A stretch of 64,000 bases of DNA from Gemmatimonadales bacterium (GTDB lineage: Bacteria > Gemmatimonadota > Gemmatimonadetes > Gemmatimonadales > GWC2-71-9). The notes under the pieces are model-generated. The model saw nothing but the letters and a program-made list of their open reading frames with translations, was not told the DNA's origin and ran no database searches. The position numbers and the translations under genes were made by a program. The stretch is taken from assembly GCA_035759745.1 (NCBI GenBank), contig DASTUF010000084.1, positions 10,784 through 74,783 of the forward strand. The letters are read 5' to 3'. Positions 36,549 to 44,949 of the stretch are shown here, in pieces; position 1 is the stretch's first letter, and each line of letters opens with the position of its first letter.

Positions 36549-37930
36549 CTCCCCCGCATTCCCGTCCCTACGACAACGTCCTCGATACCGTCGGCTGGAC
36601 CCCGCTGATCCGGCTGTCCCGGGTCGGCGCCGGGATCCGCACCCCGGTGTATGGCAAGGCGGAGTACGCCAATCCGGGCGGCTCGGTGAAGGACCGCATC
36701 GGCCTCGCCATCATCGAGGCCGCCGAGCGGGCGGGCGAACTCAAGCCCGGCGGCACCGTGGTCGAGGGCACCAGCGGCAACACCGGCGTCGGGCTCGCCA
36801 TGGCGGCCGCGCTCAAGGGCTATCGCTGCATTTTCACCATGCCCGACAAGATGTCGCAGGAGAAGGTCCGGCTGCTCAAGGCCTACGGTGCCGAAGTGGT
36901 CGTGACGCCCACCGCGGTGCCGGCGGATCACCCCGACAACTACGTGATGAAGGCCAAGCACATAGTCCACGATACGCCGGGCGCCGTGCTGGCCAATCAG
37001 TTCTACAACCAGGTCAACCCGGAAGCACACTATGCCACCACCGGCCCGGAGATCTGGGAGCAGACCGAAGGCAAGGTGACCCATCTGGTAGCGGGCGCCG
37101 GCACCGGCGGGACCATCAGCGGCGCGGGAAAGTTCCTCAAGGAGAAGAATCCGAAGATCCGGGTCATCGCCGGCGACCCGGTCGGATCGCTCTACAGCGG
37201 CTACGCTGCGACCAGGACGATGGGCGAGGGCCACCCCTACAAGGTGGAAGGCATCGGCGGCGACAAGATCCCCACCACGGTCTGGTTCGACGTGATCGAC
37301 GAATGGCGCCAGCTGCCCGACAAGGCCTCGATGAGCATGGCCCGGCGGATCGCCCGTGAGGAGGGCATCCTGGTCGGCGGATCTGCCGGGCTCAATGTCC
37401 ACCTCGCGCTGGACGTGGCGCGCGAAGCGGATGATCCGGCAGCGTGCGTCGTCACCATCCTGTGCGACACCGGCGAGCGCTACCTGTCGAAGTTGTTCAA
37501 CGATGCGTGGATGGAAGAAAACCAGATGCTGGATCGCGCCCCGGTCACGGTGGAGCAGCTCCTCGCCGAGCGCGATGGCGGCGCACCCGAACTGGTGAGC
37601 GTGGCGCCGGCGGCGGCAGTGCGCCAGGCGCTCAACCTGATGAGTTCATGGGGCGTGAGCCAGATTCCCGTCATCGACAACGGGACGTCCGTGGGGGGAC
37701 TCATCGAAGGCCAGCTCATGGCCCGCGCGCTGGCACAGCCCGCCATGCTGGACCGCCCGGTGCGCGAGGTGATGGAAGCGCCCTTCCCCGAAGTCGACGC
37801 CGCATTCCCGGTGGACCGGCTGGCACCGGCGCTCACCCGCGAGAGCCCGGCTGCGTTGGTGACCCGCGACGGCAAGGTGATCGGGATTGTCAGTCGGTAT
37901 GATCTATTGAAAAGGCTCATTGGAGCCTGA
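36545..37930 (+). CDS. cystathionine beta-synthase (PLP-dependent CysK/CBS family plus tandem CBS domains)
   Basis: The PLP-Lys region NPGGSVKDR, the GTSGNTG loop, and a C-terminal CBS pair. Confidence 0.9.
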   Translation: MTPPHSRPYDNVLDTVGWTPLIRLSRVGAGIRTPVYGKAEYANPGGSVKDRIGLAIIEAAERAGELKPGGTVVEGTSGNTGVGLAMAAALKGYRCIFTMPDKMSQEKVRLLKAYGAEVVVTPTAVPADHPDNYVMKAKHIVHDTPGAVLANQFYNQVNPEAHYATTGPEIWEQTEGKVTHLVAGAGTGGTISGAGKFLKEKNPKIRVIAGDPVGSLYSGYAATRTMGEGHPYKVEGIGGDKIPTTVWFDVIDEWRQLPDKASMSMARRIAREEGILVGGSAGLNVHLALDVAREADDPAACVVTILCDTGERYLSKLFNDAWMEENQMLDRAPVTVEQLLAERDGGAPELVSVAPAAAVRQALNLMSSWGVSQIPVIDNGTSVGGLIEGQLMARALAQPAMLDRPVREVMEAPFPEVDAAFPVDRLAPALTRESPAALVTRDGKVIGIVSRYDLLKRLIGA

Positions 37931-37988
37931 GGCGTGAGGCGTGGGGAAATACCTCACGCCCCACGCCCTACGCCCCACGCCCCACACC
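37928..37988. repeat. heptamer hairpin (GGCGTGA/GGCGTGG flavour)
   Basis: TGAGGCGTGAGGCGTGGGG (the first TGA is the CBS stop), loop AAATAC, then CTCACGCCCCACGCCCTACGCCCCACGCCCCACACC. The right arm is about twice the length of the left. Confidence 0.9.
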
Positions 37989-37995
37989 AACTTCA

Positions 37996-38997
37996 ATGCG
38001 CATAACTCTGCTCACCGGCGGCACCTCCTCCGAACGCGATGTCGCGCTTGCCTCGGGCCACCAGATCCTCGGCGCGCTCCGGAGCCGGGGGCATCAGGTC
38101 GAGGTCATCGACACCGCCCTGGGCTACGTGGCGAGCGAGGATGAGGAGCGACTGCTGGCGGGGGCGGTGCGGGCCGAGCCTCCCTCGATCGAGAAACTCC
38201 GGGCGCTCGAGCGAGGGCTCCTGCTCAAGGGCCTCGGCGAACTGCGCGCGGTCAAGGAAGCCGACGTGCTGTTCCTGGCGTTGCACGGCGGCAGCGGTGA
38301 GGACGGCACGCTGCAGACTTTGCTGGAAATGGTGGACGTGCCCTACACCGGGAGCGGCCGGCTGGGCAGCGCCATGGCCATGGACAAGGACATTTCCAAG
38401 CGCCTGTTCCTGCAGGCAGGCGTGCCCACGGCCGGCTGGTATATGGCCCCGGTGCCGCTGGCCCGGGTGGAGCGCGAGTTTGGCTGGCCAGTCGTGGTAA
38501 AGCCCTCGAAACAGGGATCCACCGTCGGGCTGACCATCGTGAAAGCGGCGGACCAGTTCGAGGCGGCTGTCGCGCTGGCAGGACAATTCGATGACGAAGT
38601 GATGGTGGAGCAGTTTGTGCCGGGCCGGGAGCTGACCGTGGGGATCCTGGAGGGCAAGGCGCTGGCCGTGGGTGAAATCATCCCCCGGCACGAAACTTTC
38701 GACTATGAATGCAAGTACACCCCGGGCATGTCGGAGGAGATCTTCCCCGCCGACCTCCCCGAGGAGGTCGCGAGAGAGTGCGGCCGACTGGGCGTCCTCG
38801 CCCACGAGGCCCTCAAACTGGGGGGCTATTCCCGGGTGGATTTTCGCTTGACACCCGACGGGAAGCTCTTCTGTTTAGAGGTGAATACCCTGCCCGGCAT
38901 GACGGCGACCAGCTTGCTGCCCCAGTCCGCCGCGGCCGTCGGGATCACCTTTCCCGAGCTCTGCGAACAGATATGCCGCATCGCGCAGCGGGCGTGA
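37996..38997 (+). CDS. ddl: D-alanine--D-alanine ligase
   Basis: ATP-grasp Ddl motifs (GGTSSERDVAL, HGGSGEDGTLQ, VVKPSKQGSTVG, EVNTLPGMT). Confidence 0.95.
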   Translation: MRITLLTGGTSSERDVALASGHQILGALRSRGHQVEVIDTALGYVASEDEERLLAGAVRAEPPSIEKLRALERGLLLKGLGELRAVKEADVLFLALHGGSGEDGTLQTLLEMVDVPYTGSGRLGSAMAMDKDISKRLFLQAGVPTAGWYMAPVPLARVEREFGWPVVVKPSKQGSTVGLTIVKAADQFEAAVALAGQFDDEVMVEQFVPGRELTVGILEGKALAVGEIIPRHETFDYECKYTPGMSEEIFPADLPEEVARECGRLGVLAHEALKLGGYSRVDFRLTPDGKLFCLEVNTLPGMTATSLLPQSAAAVGITFPELCEQICRIAQRA

Positions 38998-39042
38998 TCG
39001 GATTGACTGCCGGCGGTGTGGCCGGCCAGGAGTGACCACCGG

Positions 39043-39882
39043 ATGAGCTATCTGCCAGTGCCACGTGTGACGCCCTGGGTGGGCCGGCTCATCGCAGCCA
39101 ATGCGGTGGTGCTGCTCCTCCTGGAGACGCTCTTCACGTCGCCTGAACTCCGGTCCGCCCTGGCCTTCAATCCCGGCGCCGTGCTCACCCGGCCGTGGAC
39201 CTTCGTGTCGTACATGTTCGTTCACGGCGGCCTGCTCCACCTGCTCTTCAATTCCATCGGCCTCTTCGTGTTTGGCGGGCCAGTCGAGCAGCGGCTGGGG
39301 TCGCGCAACTTTCTCCTTTTCTATCTCTACTGCGGCATCGGCGCGGCCATTTTCTGCTGGCTCCTGAGCCTTGCCACCCCGATCACGCCTTTCATCGGCG
39401 CCTCCGGTTCGGTGCTGGGCCTTGCGGTCGCGTTTGCGCTCTTCTGGCCCGACGCCAGGCTCATCGTCTTCCCGATTCCGGTGCCGATCACCGCCAGGAC
39501 ACTGGTCATCGCCCTGGTCGCACTGGACTTGTTCTTCGCACTGCTGTCACGGCAGGACAATATTGCCCATCTGGCGCATGTCGGCGGTGCGCTCGCGGGA
39601 TTCCTCTACTTCCGGCTGCAGGGCTTTGCTCCGGCGCGCGTACCCCAGCGGCGGGCGCCCGAGCGGCTGGTGCGCACCGCCCGCGTTCCACGGGAGACCG
39701 CGGCACGGCGGAGGCCCTCGCCAGCACCGGAGGCGAGCAAGCGCGTGCACCAGGACGCCCGTGATGGCGCCAACGCGGAGATGGATCGGCTACTCGACAA
39801 GATCAGCGCCAGTGGAATGGCGAGCCTCACACCCACCGAGCGCAGGTTTCTCGACGAATTCGCGCGTCGCGGAAAGTCGTAG
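39043..39882 (+). CDS. rhomboid family intramembrane serine protease
   Basis: HLLFN and GASGSVLG (catalytic Ser) and AHLAHVGGALAG (catalytic His). Basic C-terminal tail. Confidence 0.9.
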   Translation: MSYLPVPRVTPWVGRLIAANAVVLLLLETLFTSPELRSALAFNPGAVLTRPWTFVSYMFVHGGLLHLLFNSIGLFVFGGPVEQRLGSRNFLLFYLYCGIGAAIFCWLLSLATPITPFIGASGSVLGLAVAFALFWPDARLIVFPIPVPITARTLVIALVALDLFFALLSRQDNIAHLAHVGGALAGFLYFRLQGFAPARVPQRRAPERLVRTARVPRETAARRRPSPAPEASKRVHQDARDGANAEMDRLLDKISASGMASLTPTERRFLDEFARRGKS

Positions 39883-39930
39883 CGGCCGCGCTACTCTTGC
39901 ACCGTTGGCACGCGCTCCATATCATGTCGC

Positions 39931-40875
39931 GTGCTCATCGATCTGGTTCCCGAATTTCTCTCCGTAACCAACGCCGCCGATCCTGAGCGCGCCTACGCGC
40001 GCTATCGCGACGAGCATCGCGCCGTTCTCGACGCCTACTGGCGCAACTACGTCCTCGATCCCGATACGTCCCAGGCGGAAGAGGTGGTTCGGGCAGCGCT
40101 GAGCGCCGACCGCACCGATCTCCGCGCCGTCGTGGCCGGGCTCAACCTGCCGCAGCTGGTCGAGGAGACCATCGCACGCGCCACCGACGTGCTCGGCATC
40201 GACCAGCCGACCGACGTGTACCTGATGGTGGGAATGGGTGCCGCCAACGCCGGCGAGCTGGTAATCAACGGCCGCGGCGCCGCCTTCATCTGCATCGAGC
40301 ACTTCACCGGCCGGCCCAACCCCCAGAGCTACGGCATGGGGCTCTCGCCCGAGCGAATTCCCCTCTGGGTGGCGCACGAATTGGCGCACACGGTGCGGTA
40401 CACGTCGCCTGACAGCCGGAGCGAGATGCACCGGCTGGTGGCGGAGAACGCCGGCTACTACGACTTCTGGCTCACCGGAAGCCGCGCGACGCTGCGCGAA
40501 CTGATGGTCAATGAAGGGCTCGCCGTGCACGCCTCCCAGGCGGTCGTGCCCGGATGCCGCGAAGCTGACTACTTCGGCTATCCACGCCGCCAGTACCAGC
40601 GCCTCCGCGAGATGGAGTCGTTCCTTCGCCGGTCCACCGAGCACGAACTCGAGCTGGCCGGCCTGGGTCTTCGGCTGCGCTACCTGACCGGAGGGATGAG
40701 TCCCGCTGCCCGGCTGGTGCAGGGACGGGTCCTGCCCGAACGGGGCGGCTACTACCTCGGCTGGAGGATGGCGGACCCGATGGTCAGCGCACGCGGAATC
40801 CGCGAAGCACTCAGGGCCTCTGCGCAGGACGTCTGCGCCTGGGAGTCGCGATCCCGCGAGATGGCCGCAGGGTAA
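39931..40875 (+). CDS. DUF2268-like putative zinc metalloprotease
   Basis: HELAHTVR (HExxH) in a roughly 310-aa cytoplasmic protein. GTG start. Confidence 0.65.
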   Translation: MLIDLVPEFLSVTNAADPERAYARYRDEHRAVLDAYWRNYVLDPDTSQAEEVVRAALSADRTDLRAVVAGLNLPQLVEETIARATDVLGIDQPTDVYLMVGMGAANAGELVINGRGAAFICIEHFTGRPNPQSYGMGLSPERIPLWVAHELAHTVRYTSPDSRSEMHRLVAENAGYYDFWLTGSRATLRELMVNEGLAVHASQAVVPGCREADYFGYPRRQYQRLREMESFLRRSTEHELELAGLGLRLRYLTGGMSPAARLVQGRVLPERGGYYLGWRMADPMVSARGIREALRASAQDVCAWESRSREMAAG

Positions 40876-40879
40876 TCCA

Positions 40880-40909
40880 CCGTCGGTCGGCTGCCGCCGA
40901 CGGCTATTT
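40880..40909. terminator. weak hairpin between convergent genes
   Basis: CCGTCGG-N10-CCGACGG followed by CTATTT. Overlaps the mnmE stop region. Confidence 0.3.
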
Positions 40910-42256
40910 GCCGACGCAGAACTCGCTGAACACCCGTCCCAGCACCTCCTCGACATCCACCACCCCGATCAGCTCATCCAGCGCCAGCACGGCCTGCCGG
41001 ACGTGATGGGCGCACAGCACCGCGTCGCCGAGTGGCGCCGCGAGTTGAGCGCGGGCCACACCCAGCTCGCCGCGTGCACGTTCCAGCGCCACCCGGTGGC
41101 GGGTGCGCGTGAGCATCGGCTCCAGATCCGCCAGCTGCACCCGGTCACCGAAGAGTCTGTCGGCGATCGTGCGCCGGAGGTCCGCCAATCCTTGCCCCGT
41201 CACTACCGATACTCCATCTGACCGACCGGTCAGATCCGCCTTGGTATGGACAATGAGTTCAGAGTTGAGAGTTGAGAGCTGAGAGTTGAGATCCTTGGTC
41301 GGGACGAGGGTGGTCACTCTCAACTCTTGACTCTCAACTCTCGACTCGTCCGCACACACTAGCACTAAATCCGCACTATCCAGCCACCGTCGACTCACTG
41401 CGACACCCAGAGCCTCGATTCGGTCACTGGTGTCGCGAATGCCGGCCGTATCGACCAGCCGGACCGGCCAGCCGAGGAAGGTAACGTGCGCCTCGATCGC
41501 GTCCCTGGTGGTGCCAGGAACTTCGGTGACTATGGCTCGCTCGGAGCCCAGCAGCGCATTGAAGAGCGAGGACTTGCCCGCGTTTGGCCGACCGGCCAGT
41601 ACGACAAGGGCGCCCTCGCGGAGCCGAGTTCCTTCCGGCGCGGTGGACAGTAATGTGTCAATTCTGGCGCAGGTCTGGTCCAGCTGACTCTGGAGCCTGT
41701 CGGGCGCGATGGGCCCGTCGTCTTCGCCGGGGAAATCGATCTCGTAGCTGAGAAGGCCGAGCAGGTCGAGGAGCGAGCTGCGGAGTTCGAGGATGCGGCG
41801 GGAAAGGTTGCCGTCGAGCTGGGCCAGCGCTGCGCGCGCCTGGGCCGGAGCGGTCGCATCGATCAGGTCACCCACCGCCTCGGCCTGGACCAGGTCCATG
41901 CGGCCGTTGAGCACCGCACGGCGGGTGAACTCTCCAGCGGCGGCCTGGCGGGCACCGGCGGCGATGAGCGCGGCCAGCAGTCGTTCCGGAGCCACCAGAC
42001 CGCCGTGGCAGGAGAACTCGACGGTGTCCTCTCCGGAGTAGCTGGCCGGTGCGGGAAAGACGGTGTACAGCCCGCGGTCGATGGGCCGGTCGCCCGAATC
42101 GTGAAAGGTCGCGAGCTGGGCGACCCGAGGTTCGGCCCGGAATCCCTGCACTATTTTCGCCGCGATCTCGAATGCTCCGGGGCCCGCCAGCCGCACGATC
42201 GCCAGCGCCGAGCGGCCCGGCGGTGTGGCGAGCGCGACTATCGCGTCCCCGAACAT
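40904..42256 (-). CDS. mnmE: tRNA modification GTPase MnmE
   Basis: N-terminal DAIVALATPPG, G1 GRPNAGKSS, G3 DTAG, G4-like TKAD, and the C-terminal CVGK. Contains a heptamer hairpin in frame. Confidence 0.95.
   Translation of the reverse strand: MFGDAIVALATPPGRSALAIVRLAGPGAFEIAAKIVQGFRAEPRVAQLATFHDSGDRPIDRGLYTVFPAPASYSGEDTVEFSCHGGLVAPERLLAALIAAGARQAAAGEFTRRAVLNGRMDLVQAEAVGDLIDATAPAQARAALAQLDGNLSRRILELRSSLLDLLGLLSYEIDFPGEDDGPIAPDRLQSQLDQTCARIDTLLSTAPEGTRLREGALVVLAGRPNAGKSSLFNALLGSERAIVTEVPGTTRDAIEAHVTFLGWPVRLVDTAGIRDTSDRIEALGVAVSRRWLDSADLVLVCADESRVESQELRVTTLVPTKDLNSQLSTLNSELIVHTKADLTGRSDGVSVVTGQGLADLRRTIADRLFGDRVQLADLEPMLTRTRHRVALERARGELGVARAQLAAPLGDAVLCAHHVRQAVLALDELIGVVDVEEVLGRVFSEFCVGK
41255..41347. 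repeat. heptamer hairpin (GAGTTGA flavour) located inside the mnmE coding sequence
   Basis: GAGTTCA GAGTTGA GAGTTGA GAGCTGA GAGTTGA (41255-41289), a 25-nt loop, then ACTC TCAACTC TTGACTC TCAACTC TCGACTC (41316-41347). Confidence 0.9.
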
Positions 42257-42266
42257 GGGTCCCCGG

Positions 42267-43955
42267 CTACTTCCCGGACCTGGTCTTCACGTTGACGATG
42301 GCTGCCGCCACCTTCTTCCTGCGTTCGCGCGACAGCATCCATTGCTGGGGGATGCTGGCAATGTTGCTGACCGCGTAGTACAGGTTGAGCCCCGACGCGA
42401 GGTTGACGAAGAACACCGTCATCATCACCGGCATGACGTACAGCATCATCTTCATCTGCGGGTTGGGCTCCATGCCAAGCTGCCCCACCTTGCTCAGCAC
42501 GAACATCGAAAGTCCCATCACCACCGGGATGATGTACAGCGGATCGGCGCGAGCAAGGTCGGGCAGCCAGAGGAACGACTGGCCCCTGAGCTCGATCGCG
42601 TTCTGGAACACGAAGAACAGGGCGAACAGCACCGGCATCGGCAGCAGCATCGGCCAGCACCCGCTCAGCGGGTTGGCACCGTGTTCCTTGTACAGCCGGA
42701 ACATCTCCTGCTGCAGCAGCGCCGGCTGCTCCTTGTAGCGCTCCTGCGCCGACTTCAAGTGGGGCTGGATCTCCTGCATCTTCATGTTGGCGCGCATGGC
42801 CTTCTGGTTCAGCGGCCAGAGCAGCACCCGCACCAGGATCCCGAACAGCACCAGCACCACGCCGTACGCCAGGTTCAGCTGCTCATGCATCTGCACCAGC
42901 AGCCACCGCACCGGCACCGCGAAGAACTGGACCATGGTCCGGAACCCGGGCCAGCCATAGGGATTAACGTCGTCGAATTCGTGACCCAGGCTGGTCAGCC
43001 GGTCATACTCCATTGGCCCGATGTAACTGCGCCAGGAGAAGGTCCCGCTGGCCGGCACCGGCAGCACCGCGGCCGTGATCACCGTGTTCGGATCCTTGCC
43101 GGCCATCACTGGTGCCGTGGCCGTTACCCCGCTGATCCGGGGCGACTGGCCCGCCGAATCCACCGCGAAGAGGCTGGCCACGAAGTACATCGACTTGATC
43201 GCGGTCCACGCGAACGGGCCGTTGAGAACCTTGGTCTCGCCCGGGTCGAACGCCCTGAAGTCGGTCCGGTCGACCCCGCCAGCCATGGTAACGATGGCGT
43301 AGGACCGGAAGTTGAGCGATGAATCGGTTTCGGCGTTGTGGAGCCCGCTGCCGAGCGACACCAGCAGCGATGCGCCCTGGGGGGCCAGGGGGGTAACCGT
43401 GCCGGCCACCTCGACCTGATAGTCGGGGTGGAAGGTGTAGGTCAGCTGAACCGACGTACCGCCGCGCTGGGCCGAGAGCGTGAGTGGCGTCGGCCCGTCT
43501 ACGGTGAGCGCCGTGGCGCTGGGCTCGAAGGTCCAGTCCCGGAAATCGATAGTGTCCCGGCCATTGACCAGCGCCAGCCCGAAGAGCCCGTCACCCGGCC
43601 GGATGAGCTGGACGTTGCCCGAGTCACCCTTCGCCAGGGTGCGATACTCGTTCAACTCAGCGCCGACCAGTCGAGCACCGCGGGTGCTGATCCGCCAGGT
43701 GTAGAGCGGAGCACTGACGGTGACCAGCTGCTCGGCGGGCTGGTAGTCGCCGGTCGCGAGATTCGAGTCGGGAGGCGTGGCCTGCATGGCAGGCGCCTGC
43801 GCGGTCGGTGCTGTCGCCCCGCTGTCGGCGGGGAGCACGGTGTCGGCCGCCCCGACGGCAGGGGCGTTCCGGGCGGGCGGGCGCTTGAACAGGAATGTCG
43901 GGGCGAGTGCGATCACCATGATCAGCATGATCGCCCAGGCAAAGCGTCGGTCCAT
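42267..43955 (-). CDS. yidC: membrane protein insertase YidC
   Basis: Large periplasmic P1 domain plus the conserved C-terminal TM core (...WPLNQKAMRANMKMQEIQP...GCWPMLLPMPV...). Confidence 0.95.
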   Translation of the reverse strand: MDRRFAWAIMLIMVIALAPTFLFKRPPARNAPAVGAADTVLPADSGATAPTAQAPAMQATPPDSNLATGDYQPAEQLVTVSAPLYTWRISTRGARLVGAELNEYRTLAKGDSGNVQLIRPGDGLFGLALVNGRDTIDFRDWTFEPSATALTVDGPTPLTLSAQRGGTSVQLTYTFHPDYQVEVAGTVTPLAPQGASLLVSLGSGLHNAETDSSLNFRSYAIVTMAGGVDRTDFRAFDPGETKVLNGPFAWTAIKSMYFVASLFAVDSAGQSPRISGVTATAPVMAGKDPNTVITAAVLPVPASGTFSWRSYIGPMEYDRLTSLGHEFDDVNPYGWPGFRTMVQFFAVPVRWLLVQMHEQLNLAYGVVLVLFGILVRVLLWPLNQKAMRANMKMQEIQPHLKSAQERYKEQPALLQQEMFRLYKEHGANPLSGCWPMLLPMPVLFALFFVFQNAIELRGQSFLWLPDLARADPLYIIPVVMGLSMFVLSKVGQLGMEPNPQMKMMLYVMPVMMTVFFVNLASGLNLYYAVSNIASIPQQWMLSRERRKKVAAAIVNVKTRSGK

Positions 43956-43974
43956 GGGGCGTCAGGTCACAGGT

Positions 43975-44205
43975 TCAGGGAACGGGATCGGGCCCGCCGG
44001 GATTCCAGGGGTGGCACCGGGCCAGCCGTCGAATGGAGAGCCAGCCGCCCTTGAGAACCCCGTACCGGCTCAGTGCCTCGACTGCGTAGTGCGAGCAGGT
44101 GGGGTAGAAGCGGCAGGAAGCCGGCAGTGCGGCCGAGATGGTCACCTGGTAGCCGCGAATGAGAAGCATCAGCGCGCGCCGCGGCAGTTGGGACAGCGGG
44201 GGCAC
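43975..44205 (-). CDS. yidD: membrane protein insertion efficiency factor YidD
   Basis: [11 protein letters not shown]...HG...G..L...R..RCHPW signature. Confidence 0.95.
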   Translation of the reverse strand: MPPLSQLPRRALMLLIRGYQVTISAALPASCRFYPTCSHYAVEALSRYGVLKGGWLSIRRLARCHPWNPGGPDPVP

Positions 44206-44211
44206 GGGTCG

Positions 44212-44565
44212 TCACCTCTCGGGCGTCACGGCGTCGCGCCAGGCCGCCACTTGGCGACGCAGTTCGCCGAAGGGCTGGCCGTAGGCCTCGCGCCGGGCCC
44301 GGATGACCAGGTCCCAGGCGGGCGACTGTGGCAGCACGTCGCGGCGCCAGATCTCCCGCAGCTGCCGCCGCAAACGATTGCGGGCCACCGCGCTGGTTCC
44401 GTACTTCGGAACGATGAGACCCATGCGCGGGTGGCCCGTCAAGTTGTCAGCCCAGATCATTTCCAGATGTTCCGACCGCCGGCGCCGCCCCCGAGCGAGA
44501 CAGCGGCGGACATCAGCGGCCCGCGCGAGCCGGTTGGCCCGCCCGAGACGCTCGCCGTCCGTCAG
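44212..44565 (-). CDS. rnpA: ribonuclease P protein component
   Basis: The RnpA core ([25 protein letters not shown]) follows the Met at 44460. The conserved N-terminal part ([25 protein letters not shown]) lies upstream in frame with no ATG/GTG/TTG. The only candidate start is a CTG at 44565-44563 that overlaps the rpmH stop. The minimal call is 44212-44460. Confidence 0.75.
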   Translation of the reverse strand: MTDGERLGRANRLARAADVRRCLARGRRRRSEHLEMIWADNLTGHPRMGLIVPKYGTSAVARNRLRRQLREIWRRDVLPQSPAWDLVIRARREAYGQPFGELRRQVAAWRDAVTPER

Positions 44566-44723
44566 GCGCTCCCGTGCTTCGACGGGATCGAGACGGTCAG
44601 CCGCTTCCGGCCCTTCTTGCGGCGGCGCGAGAGCACGTCACGGCCCCATCGGGTGGCCATGCGGGCGCGGAATCCATGCTTGGCAATCCGGCGCTTGTTG
44701 CGCGGACGGTACGACGGCTTCAT
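44562..44723 (-). CDS. rpmH: 50S ribosomal protein L34
   Basis: [42 protein letters not shown] is the canonical L34 sequence. Confidence 0.97.
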   Translation of the reverse strand: MKPSYRPRNKRRIAKHGFRARMATRWGRDVLSRRRKKGRKRLTVSIPSKHGSA

Positions 44724-44785
44724 GAAACACTTCCTCCAGTGAGCCCGGAAAGCTATATGGGGACTGAAGTTTGGGCAAGCCCTTA

Positions 44786-44854
44786 GCGTGAACGGGAGCA
44801 GCAATCGCGTGAAAAGGTGGCCTCCCTTTCACGCTTTTTCCTTTCCGTTCACGC
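44786..44854. repeat. nested hairpin (GCGTGAA flavour) in the rpmH-dnaA intergenic region
   Basis: The outer stem pairs GCGTGAACGG (44786-95) with CCGTTCACGC (44845-54). The inner stem pairs GCGTGAAAAGG (44807-17) with CCCTTTCACGC (44824-34). Confidence 0.8.
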
Positions 44855-44880
44855 AGTTGCTGTTCCCGCGGTTTTGGTAT

Positions 44881-44909
44881 TTGACTTTTCCACACACGAC
44901 CCGTAACAT
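44881..44909 (+). promoter_or_regulatory. candidate sigma70-type dnaA promoter with an embedded DnaA box
   Basis: TTGACT (44881-86), a 17-nt spacer, then TAACAT (44904-09). TTTTCCACA (44886-94) is one mismatch from the TTATCCACA consensus and overlaps the -35/spacer. Confidence 0.4.
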
Positions 44910-44949
44910 CCCTCGCCCTTGGAACAACCCTCAGCTTTTTCGAGTGTAG

